NCBI RefSeq assembly: GCF_963675165.1
Contig: NC_087392.1
Coordinates: 78,022-142,021 of the forward strand
DNA: 64,000 nt
Source of the DNA: Halichondria panicea
Taxonomy: Eukaryota
Reading direction: 5' to 3'
Part shown: positions 1 to 13,683 of the stretch, piece by piece
Position numbering within the stretch: position 1 is the stretch's first letter
Layout: every line of letters begins with the position of its first letter
Position numbers and translations under genes: made by a program
Notes under the pieces: model-generated
The model's input: only the letters and a program-made list of their open reading frames with translations
Told to the model about the DNA's origin: nothing
Database searches by the model: none

Positions 1-1
1 C

Positions 2-184
2 ATGCTCTGGTTGGACTCTAACTACCCCACAGACAAAGACCCTAGTACACCTGGAGTGGCCAGAGGGAGCTGTCCCATCTCATCTGGACGACCTACTGAG
101 GTAGAGAAGAATCATCCAGATGCCAGTGTGACTTATTCTAATATTAAGTTTGGAGAGCTGAACTCCACCTACAAGCCAAACTGA
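2..184 (+). CDS. Glycoside hydrolase family 7 (cellobiohydrolase/endoglucanase) C-terminal fragment; the gene continues upstream of the window
   Basis: ORF 2..184 ([35 protein letters not shown]...[17 protein letters not shown], stop 182-184) matches the conserved C-terminal end of GH7 catalytic domains (fungal Cel7A: [36 protein letters not shown]...VTFSNIKFGPIGST). No CBM follows it. Confidence 0.65.
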   Translation: MLWLDSNYPTDKDPSTPGVARGSCPISSGRPTEVEKNHPDASVTYSNIKFGELNSTYKPN

Positions 185-548
185 CCACATTAGCCTCCTA
201 ACATTAGTGTTACTATTAAAGGCTAGGTTAGGTAACATTAGCTGGTGTGTAGAGTGTGTGTACTATGGCTTCAGTGAGGAGAACATTATACATTCTTTAT
301 ACCGTATAGCGGGTAATTTTCGTTAGTACAAATTTTCTTATGAACTACCATTTCCTATTTTAAATATTCGTACAGCTCACAATAGTGAGGTCAACATAAT
401 TATTGCAGTAATGAATGCTGTATTGTTCTAAGGATGTTCACCCACTCATTTAATTGACATCAATTCAAGATCAGAGATAATTAAACAACATTCTCCATTG
501 CACAAACATCAAACCTCATTACAACAGTCTATCACTATCAAACAGTTA

Positions 549-2096
549 CTAGAGCGCCCTCCTCTTATCCGCAGCCTCGGCTCTCTCATTCCTGCGCTTA
601 TTCTCCAAGAGGAGCTGGTGACGTCGGAAGGTCTTGGCATACGGATTCAGCCTCAATAAGACATTCAGGTTCTTGAGAGGATTCTTCTTCTGAGAGAAAC
701 GTTTCGAGTTGGGCCTGCAGAAATAATATCAAAATAATGATGACAGAATGAAAAACAAATAACTTTTATATAACTGCATACACACTCTTTACACGCCCAC
801 ACACACACAATTTACCCGATGGGCACGCCCACACTTTACCTGATGGGCCTAACTACTTTCTGTATCTCGTCAGAGTTGATAAGACGTGCCAGGTCGGTCT
901 GAATCATCTTTGGCCGGGGGAGACTGTGAGAGGGGGTGGGGTCAATAAGGTCAAACAGAGAGTACACTTACTTGTAATCGTTCTTCATGGTGGACTTCTT
1001 CTTCCACGTCCCGTACAGAGCATCCAGTTTGTCAAAGGCTCCTTTAGACCAGATACAGAATCTCCCCATATGACCACCAGGCGCCAGCAACAGGAGATTC
1101 ATACGATCTACCTTCAGCAGCTCAACACCTGAGGTAGAGAGATAGACACAGTGAGTACACACATAGGCACACAGGCAGTGAGTACACACACACACACGAC
1201 TAAATGGCATACCTGGCAAGTTCCTGAAGGCTTTAGTGATGCCCTGGTCCTCATCGTAGATGATCAGAGGGCCCTTGCGTTGGACATAGCGTCTATTCCT
1301 CATCTTGCCCTTGCCTGGTCGCACTTTCTTAGAGGCTTTGCTCTTGGCTACATCAGGATAAGCATTGAGAGCCTTGAGCACCTTGACTGCATCTCGTGTC
1401 TTAGTAAGCTTCTCAATAGAGTTGTCCACTACAAGGGGGACTTCCCCAATGTTGTCAATGCGATGCCCTCTAGCCATGACTAGTGCAGGGAGAGCTGTGG
1501 CTGCCAGAGCTGAGCACATGGCATAACGACGTTGGTTCTGGTTAATACGTCGATGCCATCTACGCCATGTCTTAGTTGGTGCAAACATACGCCCACCACG
1601 ACACATCTACACTCAGTCAAGGAATCACAACCACGCATGCAGGAAGACACTAAACACACCATTATATTGTTAAGAGGATACATTTCCAAAGGCAGCTTGT
1701 CCTGACCGGTGAGTACCTCCTCCCCTCACACGAGGTATACGAGCCACGGCACGCCCTGTGCCCCAGGACTCTGCACTGGTCTGGTGACCTGCCTTGGAGG
1801 ACACTGCATATGGTTGACGCTTGTTCTTACGCATGTTCGTGTGCACAAACTGCACAACATCGGTACGTATTGGTGCCTTGAATACAGCCGGTAGGGTCGT
1901 CTGAGCTATGTCCTTACCCTCACCATCAAACACACTCACCAAAGGTCGAGCAGCCTGCACACAAACACAGTACACGGAGGCAGTCTCACATTATCATGTA
2001 CATCACACAATTGATATTGAGACTAAAAATTGTTTCTAAATCTCAGAAATAATTATAAGTATTTCAAAAGGTATATATAAGACACACACTCACCAT
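549..2096 (-). CDS. RPL4: 60S ribosomal protein L4 (uL4), complete multi-exon gene
   Basis: Approximate - strand exons in plus coordinates: ATG at 2096-2094 followed directly by a GT donor; 1687-1947 ([15 protein letters not shown]...GQAAFGN); 1212-1621 ([36 protein letters not shown]...[10 protein letters not shown]); 968-1131 ([43 protein letters not shown]...); 840-907 ([26 protein letters not shown]); 551-714 ([33 protein letters not shown]..., stop TAG). Collinear with human RPL4 throughout. A GCGCATGCGC palindrome lies at 2194-2204 upstream. Confidence 0.9.
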
Positions 2097-2342
2097 TTCT
2101 TTACTGCAGAAGATGCCTCCTAAGAACAGATGAAGTAGATACAACCTAACACACTAGCACTATAAAGAGCAACTTACACTAGGTACACGAGGGAGAGAAG
2201 GTTCGCGCATGCGCACAACAAGTATTGTCAGTCACTAATGAATACCCTCGACCCTTTGCCACAACACAGCACAGAGCCAGAGCTAGCTAGCTAGAGATAC
2301 TCTATTAATTTTAACCACTCTGAGAGATAGCTGCTGAGGTGA

Positions 2343-3610
2343 TGGGTATTCTCTCCAACTCTCCTCAAGGCTTCTCCAGTGCCGTGGAGTCACTCAACAC
2401 TCTACCACAGGGACTGCTAGCTGAGCTGGTGAGCAAGCTAGAGTTAGTGGGTGTGTCCTCATGGCCTCTCCTCAACCTTGTAGTGTGGAGATGTGATGGC
2501 CTTCCTGCAGTTTAGAGCTGGATTCATCAGTACAGAGCACTATGAGATTGTAGGTTTCATCATGTATATATTGTAGCACTATCAATACGATAATAGATCT
2601 AGGCGTCCTTTAAAACTCAGCTTTAATTAACGTGATGTTCCTAACATGTTGTGGCCTCTCAAAGTTATATAATTATTAGTATATGCATGCCCCCAGTATC
2701 CTGTCCTTCACTTTATTAACTATTGTGATGTGCTTCTTTAGAGCTTCTCTTCACTGAACCCCCGTCCAAAAGTCAAAGAGATCATCAACGCCCTCACCTT
2801 TGTGTTTAGGTGAGTTCCTCTTATTGACTACACCCCCTAGTAACCCCCCTCCAGGTCAGCAGGTGTTGCTAGGGTCAGTGCAGATGAGCTAGTAGCTCAA
2901 CTCAAGGCATCCTTGGAATGGAGTGATACTGTCCTGGCCGTACTGAGGCATGTGTGGAAGGAGGAGGGGCCAGCACTCATCGCCATGCCAACTCACACAC
3001 TCAGCGTAGGCCAGGTATTGCCCCAAACCTTTATACATATTCACTCTTGTATTCTGTGGCGTGTGATATTCTGTGGCGTGTGATATTCTGTGGTGTGTGA
3101 TATTCTGGTGTGTGTATGATCTCAGACAACCTGCCTGCATAGCTCCCATGCATGACAGACTCCTTCCTTCACTAGTTGCTGTCTATGGAGTGGAAGTTGG
3201 GTGTAGCCATGAGCTCCAGTACATGCCGCTCTCTCAATGCTCCATACCTCACCCTTCAGCTGAGACTAGGGCAGGAGAACACACACACACTCGACATGAC
3301 CCTGCCAGAGTTCCAGGTGAGAGGGTGGCGGGGGGGTAATGTAGAGGGTGGTGGGGGGTAACGTAGAGGGTGGTGGGGGTGGGGTAATTAGACCATCGTT
3401 TGTAGAGGGGGAGGAGGTGATTAGACAACCATTTGTTCTGGTGGGCAAGCTTGTATCGGTTGTGTAGGGCTCTTCTTGTCAGTTTCTTGTTAGTCACAAT
3501 ACACTAGACATTTGCTGTCACGCTAGATATATTCACAGTTGTTGTATTTTATCTGTAGAACTTTGCCTCTCAACTTAAAGACATGGCATCAACGCTGGAA
3601 ACTGCCACTT
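2343..3610 (+). CDS. COMM domain-containing protein (COMMD family), multi-exon; exon borders approximate
   Basis: Putative exons 2343-2480 (MGILSNSPQGFSSAVESLNTLPQGLLAELVSKLE...), 2744-2808, 2858-3022 (SAGVARVSADELVAQLKASLEWSDTVLAVLRHVWKEEG...), 3150-3317 (LSMEWKLGVAMSSSTCRSLNAPYLTLQLRLGQENTHTLDMTLPEFQ, which is COMM-domain-like, compare DFDWRLDV..S....P.L.LQLKL) and 3557-3610 (NFASQLKDMASTLETAT*). The family is assigned by the COMM-domain signature only. Confidence 0.4.
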
Positions 3611-3862
3611 AGTGTGTGTACATTGTGTGTGGTTAGGTTAGATTGTATTCTCTGTCTTATTTTGTGGAGAGAATTGAATTCCTATTTGCTCATGTATGGA
3701 AAAAGAGTGATGTATTGTTTGCAGCTTGTTGCGTGATGTACTAAGTGTTGTGCGCTTGTGTTAGTTGCTGCCTTGTTAGGAAGAGCAGTGTATCAATGCC
3801 ATAGGAACAGTCTGTACAACCCACTCACTGTGTCTATATAGGCCATACAACCCTCACAATAG

Positions 3863-4923
3863 ATGATTGAGTTGTACAGTTTAAGACAAGAGATGAGTTC
3901 CCCACAGTTTAGCTACACAGTCAAGTGTTGTAATCAGAGAGACTCCTCCATCAGTGGAGGGATGCCAGAACAACCATTCCATGCCACCTGTCTCTGGGAG
4001 AGGATTGTGGCTCATCTAGAGAGGACAGTTAAGACTGGTAGACACATTATTGCTCTGCGTTCTCATGAGAACTGCTTCCATGGCTCCAAGGCTGTTGACT
4101 GCCTTGTGCCGTATCTCAACACCATCCTCCCCAAGCCCGTCAAGAGAGCTCAAGTCCTGGTACTCTGTACTAAGCTGTTTGAAACTGGTGTCATCGCGTC
4201 AGTCAAAGAGAAACCAGAGTTTCGAGAGAAGGGGCTCTATCGATTTACCCACAGCCACTTCTGGACCACCCCTCCAACCAGCTCTGATTCTGATGAACTA
4301 GTACCTTCTAAACAGGTAAGTTGTATGTTATTGTCACAGTGTGTTCAGACTCCCTCCCTTCTCAGACTGGCCTCCCCGCTAGCCGCAGCATGGAGTGTAT
4401 ACAGCCTCCATCACCTGAACACACTCTCAAGGGCTATGTCAGTGACTCCACTGTTACCCTCACTCATACACGCAAGAAAAAGACACGGAAGATCTCTCAT
4501 AACAGCTCTGACAATCGAAGGAGACTAACTGATATTACACTATTCACCAAACATAAGCTCCAGTCCATTGCCAAACGCCTACACCCTGATTGCAGTACGG
4601 CTATTGCTCCTGTTGGCAAGCCAGCTAAGAGTGATCCATATCTCAGACCATACAAGTCTACAACTCGACACAAGCAGCAAAGACGATCTCAACAACTGAG
4701 GGATAAGGAGAATCATTGCAGTACTGTACAGGGAAAGGAGAGAAGATGGTCTAAACTGAGGCAGTCTAAGGATTGGCACCACCTGGCTGAGGTACCCTCT
4801 GTCCTCAACAGCAGAGCCATGAACAGATCTCACTCATTCTCCAGTTGTGGGGAGCTGCTAGCGTTGGCTCAAGAAAAACCAGTACGTCACAGTGGCAAGT
4901 GGACTGCCTATGGTTTCATCTGA
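3863..4923 (+). CDS. DEPDC7: DEP domain-containing protein, DEPDC7/DEPDC1-like, two coding exons (3863-4315, 4366-4923)
   Basis: Exon 1 encodes PEQPFHATCLWERIVAHLERTVKTGRHIIALRSHENCFHGSKAVDCLVPYLNTILPKPVKRAQVLVLCTKLFETGVIASVKEKPEFREKGLYRFT. This aligns with the human DEPDC7 DEP region (QKPFGATYVWSSIINTLQ...[22 protein letters not shown]...[20 protein letters not shown]...SLYRFT). The GTAAGT donor at 4316 and the acceptor at 4365 are in frame. A basic/Ser-rich tail follows. Confidence 0.6.
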
Positions 4924-5090
4924 CTCATCTGTGTACATGTTTTATATCATTATTTTTGTACTTTAGTTTGTTTCCAAAAATAATTGTTATGTGACAGTTA
5001 ATTAATGTGGCTGTGGGGAAATCCCTAAGCCATACAGTAGCCATAAGGGAGAACCCCTAGTCCACATGTACAGTATACTGATCTGAAGAG

Positions 5091-8000
5091 ATGCTACTCT
5101 ATAGAAGGCTTGCTGTGTTCATGAGGAGGTATGAATCTAGGTACCACACGACAGTGCAGAGTGTGATTGGAGAGGGGGCAAAGTGCTGGATGAATGAGAG
5201 CATCACCATCTGTGTGAGGAGTGCTCGTGTATTGGACTATCCTATAGCGAGTAATAATCTGTTTACCTTCATTCATTGCCTGCACTGCATTGCATGCGTT
5301 CCGGTAAACCACGGTTAGGTTTTCGTGGAAAAGAACGAACTTTTTACAATACCCACTATATACTAGTTAGTGTGTGCTGTGTGTGTGTGTAGGGTTGGGT
5401 GAAGGCTGCTAGACTAGTGTGTGCTGTGTGTGTGTGTGTAGGGTTGGGTGAAGGCTGCTAGACTAGTGTGTGCTGTGTGTGTGTGTGTAGGGTTGGGTGA
5501 AGGCTGCTAGACTAGTGTGTGCTGTGTGTGTGTGTAGGGTTGGGTGAAGGCTGCTAGACTAGTGTGTGCTGTGTGTGTGTGTAGGGTTGGGTGAAGGCTG
5601 CTACTAGTGTGTGCTGTGTGTGTGTGTGTAGGGTTGGGTGAAGGCTGCTAGACTAGTGTGTGCTGTGTGTGTGTGTAGGGTTGGGTGAAGGCTGCTAGAC
5701 TAGTGTGTGCTGTGTGTGTGTGTGTAGGGTTGGGTGAAGGCTGCTAGACTAGTGTGTGCTGTGTGTGTGTGTAGGGTTGGGTGAAGGCTGCTAGACTAGT
5801 GTGTGCTGTGTGTGTGTGTAGGGTTGGGTGAAGGCTGCTAGACTAGTGTGTGCTGTGTGTGTGTGTAGGGTTGGGTGAAGGCTGCTAGACTAGTGTGTGC
5901 TGTGTGTGTGTGTAGGGTTGGGTGAAGGCTGCTAGACTAGTGTGTGCTGTGTGTGTGTGTAGGGTTGGGTGAAGGCTGCTAGACTAGTGTGTGCTGTGTG
6001 TGTGTGTGTAGGGTTGGGTGAAGGCTGCTAGACTAGTGTGTGCTGTGTGTGTGTGTAGGGTTGGGTGAAGGCTGCTAGACTAGTGTGTGCTGTGTGTGTG
6101 TGTAGGGTTGGGTGAAGGCTGCTAGACTAGTGTGTGCTGTGTGTGTGTGTAGGGTTGGGTGAAGGCTGCTAGGAAGCAGTCAGACAGAGTCTTCGTTGAT
6201 GTCAATGACGGCTCTTGTCTTGGCAGACTCCAGGTTGTGATCTCTCTGGACCAACTGCCACAGTAAGAGCTCTATATGTGTATACAGTGTATGATGAGTG
6301 TGTACTGACTAGGGCCAGGGAGTTGACAGTGGGCTCATCAGTGACAATGGAGGGACTGCTAGTGGAGAGCAGTCACTCTGGACAAGCTGTGGAGTTGTTG
6401 GCTAACACTCTACAGCTAGGTCAATGCAACACTCAAGTATGTGTAGACCTATACCATCATCAGAGTACTAGTGTTGACATGATTCCCCTCGTCAGGAGTT
6501 CCCATTCAAAGCTCGTCAGACACACACTCCGGACTACATTCGACAGTTCCCACATCTTCGTGCCAGAACACAGTCTTTCTCTAGTCTCCTGCGATTGAGG
6601 GACACAGCCACGGCTCTCATCCACACCTTCTTTAGAGACAATGGCTTCATTAATGTACACACACCCATCCTCACATCCAGTGATTGTGAGGGGGCGGGGG
6701 AATTGTTCTCTGTGAAGGTGAGCGCTTAATAACCCCTGACTGTACCCCCTCATTAACCGTACCCCTCATACCCCCTTGACTGTACCCCCTCATTAACCGT
6801 ACCCCTCATACCCCCTTGACAGCCCTGCAGGGAGGAAGGAGATGTGGAAGAAGATGAAGAGGGAGAGTTCTTTGGCTGTAAAGCATACCTCACTGTGTCT
6901 GGCCAACTCCATGCTGAAGCCATAGCCTGGTAAGTAATGGTGTGTACATCAGAGTAGGTCGTTGGGAGCAATAATTATGATTGTGAGTCCTTGATCCACA
7001 TTCTGGCCTATTTCTAGTGATAGGACCCACTGATGATTGTAGAGGTAGTGGTGTTTGACCCCCCCACTGATGATTGTAGAGGTAGTGGTGTTTGACCCCC
7101 CCACTGATGATTGTAGAGGTAGTGGTGTTTGACCCCCCCACTGATGATTGTAGAGGTAGTGGTGTTTGACCCCCGCTGATGATTGTAGAGGTAGTGGTGT
7201 TTGACCCCCGCTGATGATTGTAGAGGTAGTGGTGTTTGACCCCCGCTGATGATTGTAGAGGTAGTGGTGTTTGACCCCCCCACTGATGATTGTAGAGGTA
7301 GTGGTGTTTGACCCCCCCACTGATGATTGTAGAGGTAGTGGTGTTTGACCCCCCCACTGATGATTGTAGAGGTAGTGGTGTTTGACCCCCGCTGATGATT
7401 GTAGAGGTAGTGGTGTTTGACCCCCCCACTGATGATTGTAGAGGTAGTGGTGTTTGACCCCCGCTGATGATTGTAGAGGTAGTGGTGTTTGACCCCCGCT
7501 GATGATTGTAGAGGTAGTGGTGTTTGACCCCCGCTGATGATTGTAGAGGTAGTGGTGTTTGACCCCCCCCACTGATGATTGTAGAGGTAGTGGTGTTTGA
7601 CCCCCGCTGATGATTGTAGAGGTAGTGGTGTTTGACCCCCGCTGATGATTGTAGAGGTAGTGGTGTTTGACCCCCCCACTGATGATTGTAGAGGTAGTGG
7701 TGTTTGACCCCCGCTGATGATTGTAGAGGTAGTGGTGTTTGACCCCCGCTGATGATTGTAGAGGTAGTGGTGTTTGACCCCCGCTGATGATTGTAGAGGT
7801 AGTGGTGTTTGACCCCCCCACTGATGATTGTAGAGGTAGTGGTGTTTGACCCCCCCACTGATGATTGTAGAGGTAGTGGTGTTTGACCCCCCCACTGATG
7901 ATTGTAGAGGTAGTGGTGTTTGACCCCCGCTGATGATTGTAGAGGTAGTGGTGTTTGACCCCCCCACTGATGATTGTAGAGGTAGTGGTTTTTATCTTTG

Positions 8001-9460
8001 AACGGCCATAGCTTTAGTTCAGTTGGTCCAATCACATTAATTTTATGATTTTCTGAAAGCTTAGAGAGAGGCCTTTCAGATGATGATCTATTTTGGCCTG
8101 TTTTCGACAAAATACCGTGGGCTATATATAGCCCATGGTCTTTTCCTGAAAATAAGAAATTATGGCCCGTTTCAAATTGAGATTTGAGCATGCGATCTGA
8201 AAGGAGCTCCTTCTAAGCTTTCAGAAAATCAGTTGAATTTGGACCATTCAAAATAAGTTATGGCTGTTGAAAGGAGTGCCTTAATTAATTACAGGGAATC
8301 TTTTGAACGGCCATAAATTTAGTTCTGATGGTCCAATAAGTTAATTTTATGATTTTCTCAGAGCTTAGAGAGAGGCCTTTCAGATAATGTGTTAAAATCA
8401 AAGGTCTATTTTTGGCCTGTTTTGGACAAAATACCGTGAGCCTCAATAGCCCATGGTTTTTCCCCCGAAAATAGGAAATTATGGCCCGTTTCAAATTTGG
8501 GATTTGAGCATACCATCTGATAGAGCTCCTTCTAAGCTTTCAGAAAAATCATAAAATCGGTACTTTGTACCACAGCGTTAAAAATGATTCTTGCAGAAGC
8601 ATCTTGCATCACTTCACCTTGCAGTGGGATGAAGTCTGTGTACACTTTTGGTCCAACCTTTCGTGCTGAACGTTCTCACAGCTCACGCCATTTGTCAGAG
8701 TTCTATATGATTGAGGCTGAGAAGGTGTTTCTTTCAAGTGAACTGGAGCCTCTGTTAAACCTTGTCGAGGATCTGTACAAATACACAGTGGAGGGATTAC
8801 TGAGAGAGAGGGAGGAGGACATGACGTTCTATCATGAGCAGAGCCAAAGCACAAAGGTAAGTGATATCTATATACCATACTCTGATGCTCATCTGTATCA
8901 TAGGAATGGGTCATGAAAAGTCTGTCAAGGCCATTTCTCAGGTATGAGTGTACTTGTATGAATGTGCTGCTATATTCCACTAAACAGAATGACATACTCT
9001 GAAGCAGTTAATGCGCTGAGAGCGGCTAATGCCAACTTCCAGTTTGAACCCAAGGTAAGAGTCTATCCACCCACTCATGCTGATCCTTCCCTGCAGTGGG
9101 GGAGTGACCTCAAGTCAGAGCACGAACGCTACCTCACTCACCACGTTGGACATTGCCCTCTGTTTGTCACCGACTATCCTGTCACACTCAAACCATTCTA
9201 TGCACGACAGAACAGCGATGGAGAGACAGTGAGTGTGTGCCCTAATAGTGAGTCACCTCCTTATACCCCCCCTGTAGGTATCAGGGATGGACCTCCTCCT
9301 ACCAGGTGTGGGGGAGGCTGTGGGGGGTAGTATTAGGGAGGAGAGGGAGGAGTCACTGCAAGCCGCTCTAACAAGGTCATGAACCCACCACTCACTGTAT
9401 TATCACTTGTTTGCTCTTATTCTACAGGTGTGGAATGTTAGAGTCGTATCAATGGTGAGA

Positions 9461-9514
<54 letters not shown>

Positions 9515-9701
9515 GTGCGTGCGTGTGTGTGACTAGTGTCTGATGCTGTGCAGGTATATGGATCTCCGTCGCTTTGGTACTGTACCACACGGTGGATTCG
9601 GACTGGGCTTTGAGAGATTGTTGCAAGCTGTGTTAGGAGTTAAACACATTAGAGACGTTACCCCATTCCCAAGGTTCCTGGGTTCATGTGACATGTAATC
9701 A
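5091..9701 (+). CDS. NARS2: Asparaginyl-tRNA synthetase, mitochondrial-type (class II aaRS), about 10 exons
   Basis: Exons: 5091-5312 ([33 protein letters not shown], a presequence-like N-terminus, tentative); 6227-6438 (..[41 protein letters not shown]); 6496-6717 ([74 protein letters not shown]); 6821-6929 (..[21 protein letters not shown]); 8598-8868 (motif 2: [27 protein letters not shown]); 8985-9057; 9093-9229 (..[30 protein letters not shown]); 9279-9377 ([23 protein letters not shown]); 9428-9454 (CGMLESYQW); 9555-9701 (motif 3: [41 protein letters not shown]). The C-terminus and the GNCDAKDFPIKYKERH-like junction are much closer to human NARS2 than to cytosolic NARS1. Confidence 0.85.
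5340..6170. repeat. Minisatellite, about 58-bp unit x about 14 (ctagactagtgtgtgctgtgtgtgtgtgtagggttgggtgaaggctg), in NARS2 intron 1
   Basis: Near-perfect head-to-tail copies are visible directly in the sequence. Confidence 0.95.
7014..7985. repeat. Minisatellite, 34/37-bp unit x about 27 (ctgatgattgtagaggtagtggtgtttgaccccc[cca]), in a NARS2 intron
   Basis: Direct tandem copies. The long - strand ORFs at 6890-8191 are frame-open repeat artefacts. Confidence 0.95.
7985..8580 (+). mobile_element. Two tandem copies of a dispersed roughly 300-bp interspersed repeat family (non-autonomous element or satellite-like)
   Basis: Shares long blocks (ttttatgattttctgaaagcttagagagaggcctttcagat ... ggaaattatggcccgtttcaaatttgagatttgagc ... 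gagctccttctaagctttcagaaaatc ... gaatttggaccattcaaaat.aagttatggctgttgaaag) with 27193-27935, 52536-52850 (inverted) and 56690-57710. Confidence 0.8.
9463..9532. repeat. (GT)n microsatellite in the NARS2 penultimate intron
   Basis: Direct sequence. Confidence 0.95.
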
Positions 9702-9811
9702 TTGTTGAATTCTTGTTCAAGTTTTTTTGTCATAATAATAATAGTACATTCGTAATAAGAATTGAGTCAAAAACTGAGTTAAATTAATAAAGACCACTAT
9801 TCATTGTTCAG

Positions 9812-10430
9812 TCTATTGTTTGTTCTTTGCTGCCTCCCCCCACTCTACGAGCTGTGCTGAGAGCTGGAGCATGATTCGACTATAGGCACTGAGCAATTGG
9901 TGGACTTGTCCAGTCAACTGCTCCACTAGGCGCTCTTGTTGAGAGTGGAGGATGGCCACTGATGAGAGCTTCTTCTCATGTTCCTCTAGACCCTGAAACT
10001 CTGTCACATTGAGATAGTCTTTAAGTCTCTGTAACTCTTCTATAGGCTTAGAGAGATCAGTGAGTTGAGCAGTGTACCCAATGAGTAAGTCAGTCTTGGC
10101 AGAATCAGTCAGCTTCAAGTTTGATAGGTAAGTAGGGTCAAGAGCTTTCTCTAGAGCAGCCATCTTGGACCAGAGGCTGGACACAGCTCCCACTTTAGAG
10201 AAGCCTTGTGCCAACTTGTTCTCAAGCATCTGTGTACGAGGATGGTCAAGTATCAGTACACCATGTCCTGCACTTACCTCCAGTGTTGGCTTCAAGGGAG
10301 GCTGATCTGGTCTAATGCCATCTTGACCAATCACTCTTTTCTCTAATGCTTCCAGACGGCGAGTGAGGGCGCTCAGGTAGTCATCAGAGCCCACAGCGCC
10401 GACATCAAACTGTTGACTTGTAGCTGCCAT
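9812..10430 (-). CDS. DCTN3: Dynactin subunit 3 (p22/p24), single coding exon
   Basis: The 205-aa ORF begins MAATSQQFDVGAVGSDDYLSALTRRLEALEKRVIGQDGIRPDQPPLKPTLEV..., parallel to human DCTN3 ([23 protein letters not shown]...). It is coiled-coil throughout and of matching length and organisation. Confidence 0.7.
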
Positions 10431-10552
10431 CTTTATTTGTAAATTTCTATATAATACCCACCATTGCTAACATTTCATGTGGGGTCATGAACCCTACGGT
10501 TGCTCTGATGGTTGCCTAGTAACAGTGATATCAAAGGTGGAGGAGCTCAGAG
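10431..10552. promoter_or_regulatory. Putative bidirectional promoter between DCTN3 (- strand, ATG 10430) and TTC29 (+ strand, ATG 10553)
   Basis: The two start codons face away from each other and are 122 bp apart. This is inferred from geometry only. Confidence 0.35.
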
Positions 10553-13240
<2,688 letters not shown>

Positions 13241-13683
13241 CATGTCTGTATTGTATTGTGTGTTAATAATAAACAATAATTGTTTTGTTATTACATCCAC
13301 TTGTAATTATTAACTAGAATCAATGAATACACTTAACAGGAGCACATTAGACTTCCTGCCTCGCAGATGCAAATGTGTCTGTGGCTGACCTGGTGACCTG
13401 GAAGTGGTCCCTCATTAATGCATTATAAATTAGCAAAGTGGTTTCGTTTTGCTAAGTGGAGCAGTGAGGCATAGAAACACATCGTTGGCTGCATCTACAC
13501 TATAGAGCTTCAAGTCTACATCATTGTATCTACAGCCCGAGTGGTACAAGGATGTGTTCTCATCCACAGGGTGGTTACTTCACCCCTCCAACAACCAGAG
13601 CACATCGTGGTCTCTCACCCTATCATGATGACTCTCTCATCTCTCAGTCTGGGACCATCTCCCCTGAGCTGCAGGCACACACA

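Noticed and set aside
716-2093. A search for box C/D or H/ACA snoRNAs in the RPL4 introns, since vertebrate RPL4 hosts SNORD16/18.
   Set aside because: The introns (716-839, 908-967, 1132-1211, 1622-1686, 1948-2093) are short and I could not find a convincing C box (RUGAUGA) plus D box (CUGA) pair with terminal stem. I do not call any snoRNA.
6215-6598. The 127-aa ORF listed as one unit.
   Set aside because: It fuses a real NARS2 exon (6227-6438) with the downstream intron and the next exon read in the wrong frame. It is not an independent gene.
5340-8000. Whether the regular direct repeats could be CRISPR arrays.
   Set aside because: The units are contiguous with no unique spacers. The locus is eukaryotic, with spliced genes and microsatellites, and there is no cas gene or leader.
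6890-8191. Long - strand ORFs (290-433 aa) rich in [11 protein letters not shown] / HHYLYNHQ repeats.
   Set aside because: They are produced by the 34/37-bp minisatellite, which is stop-free in several frames, and sit inside a NARS2 intron. They are not genes.
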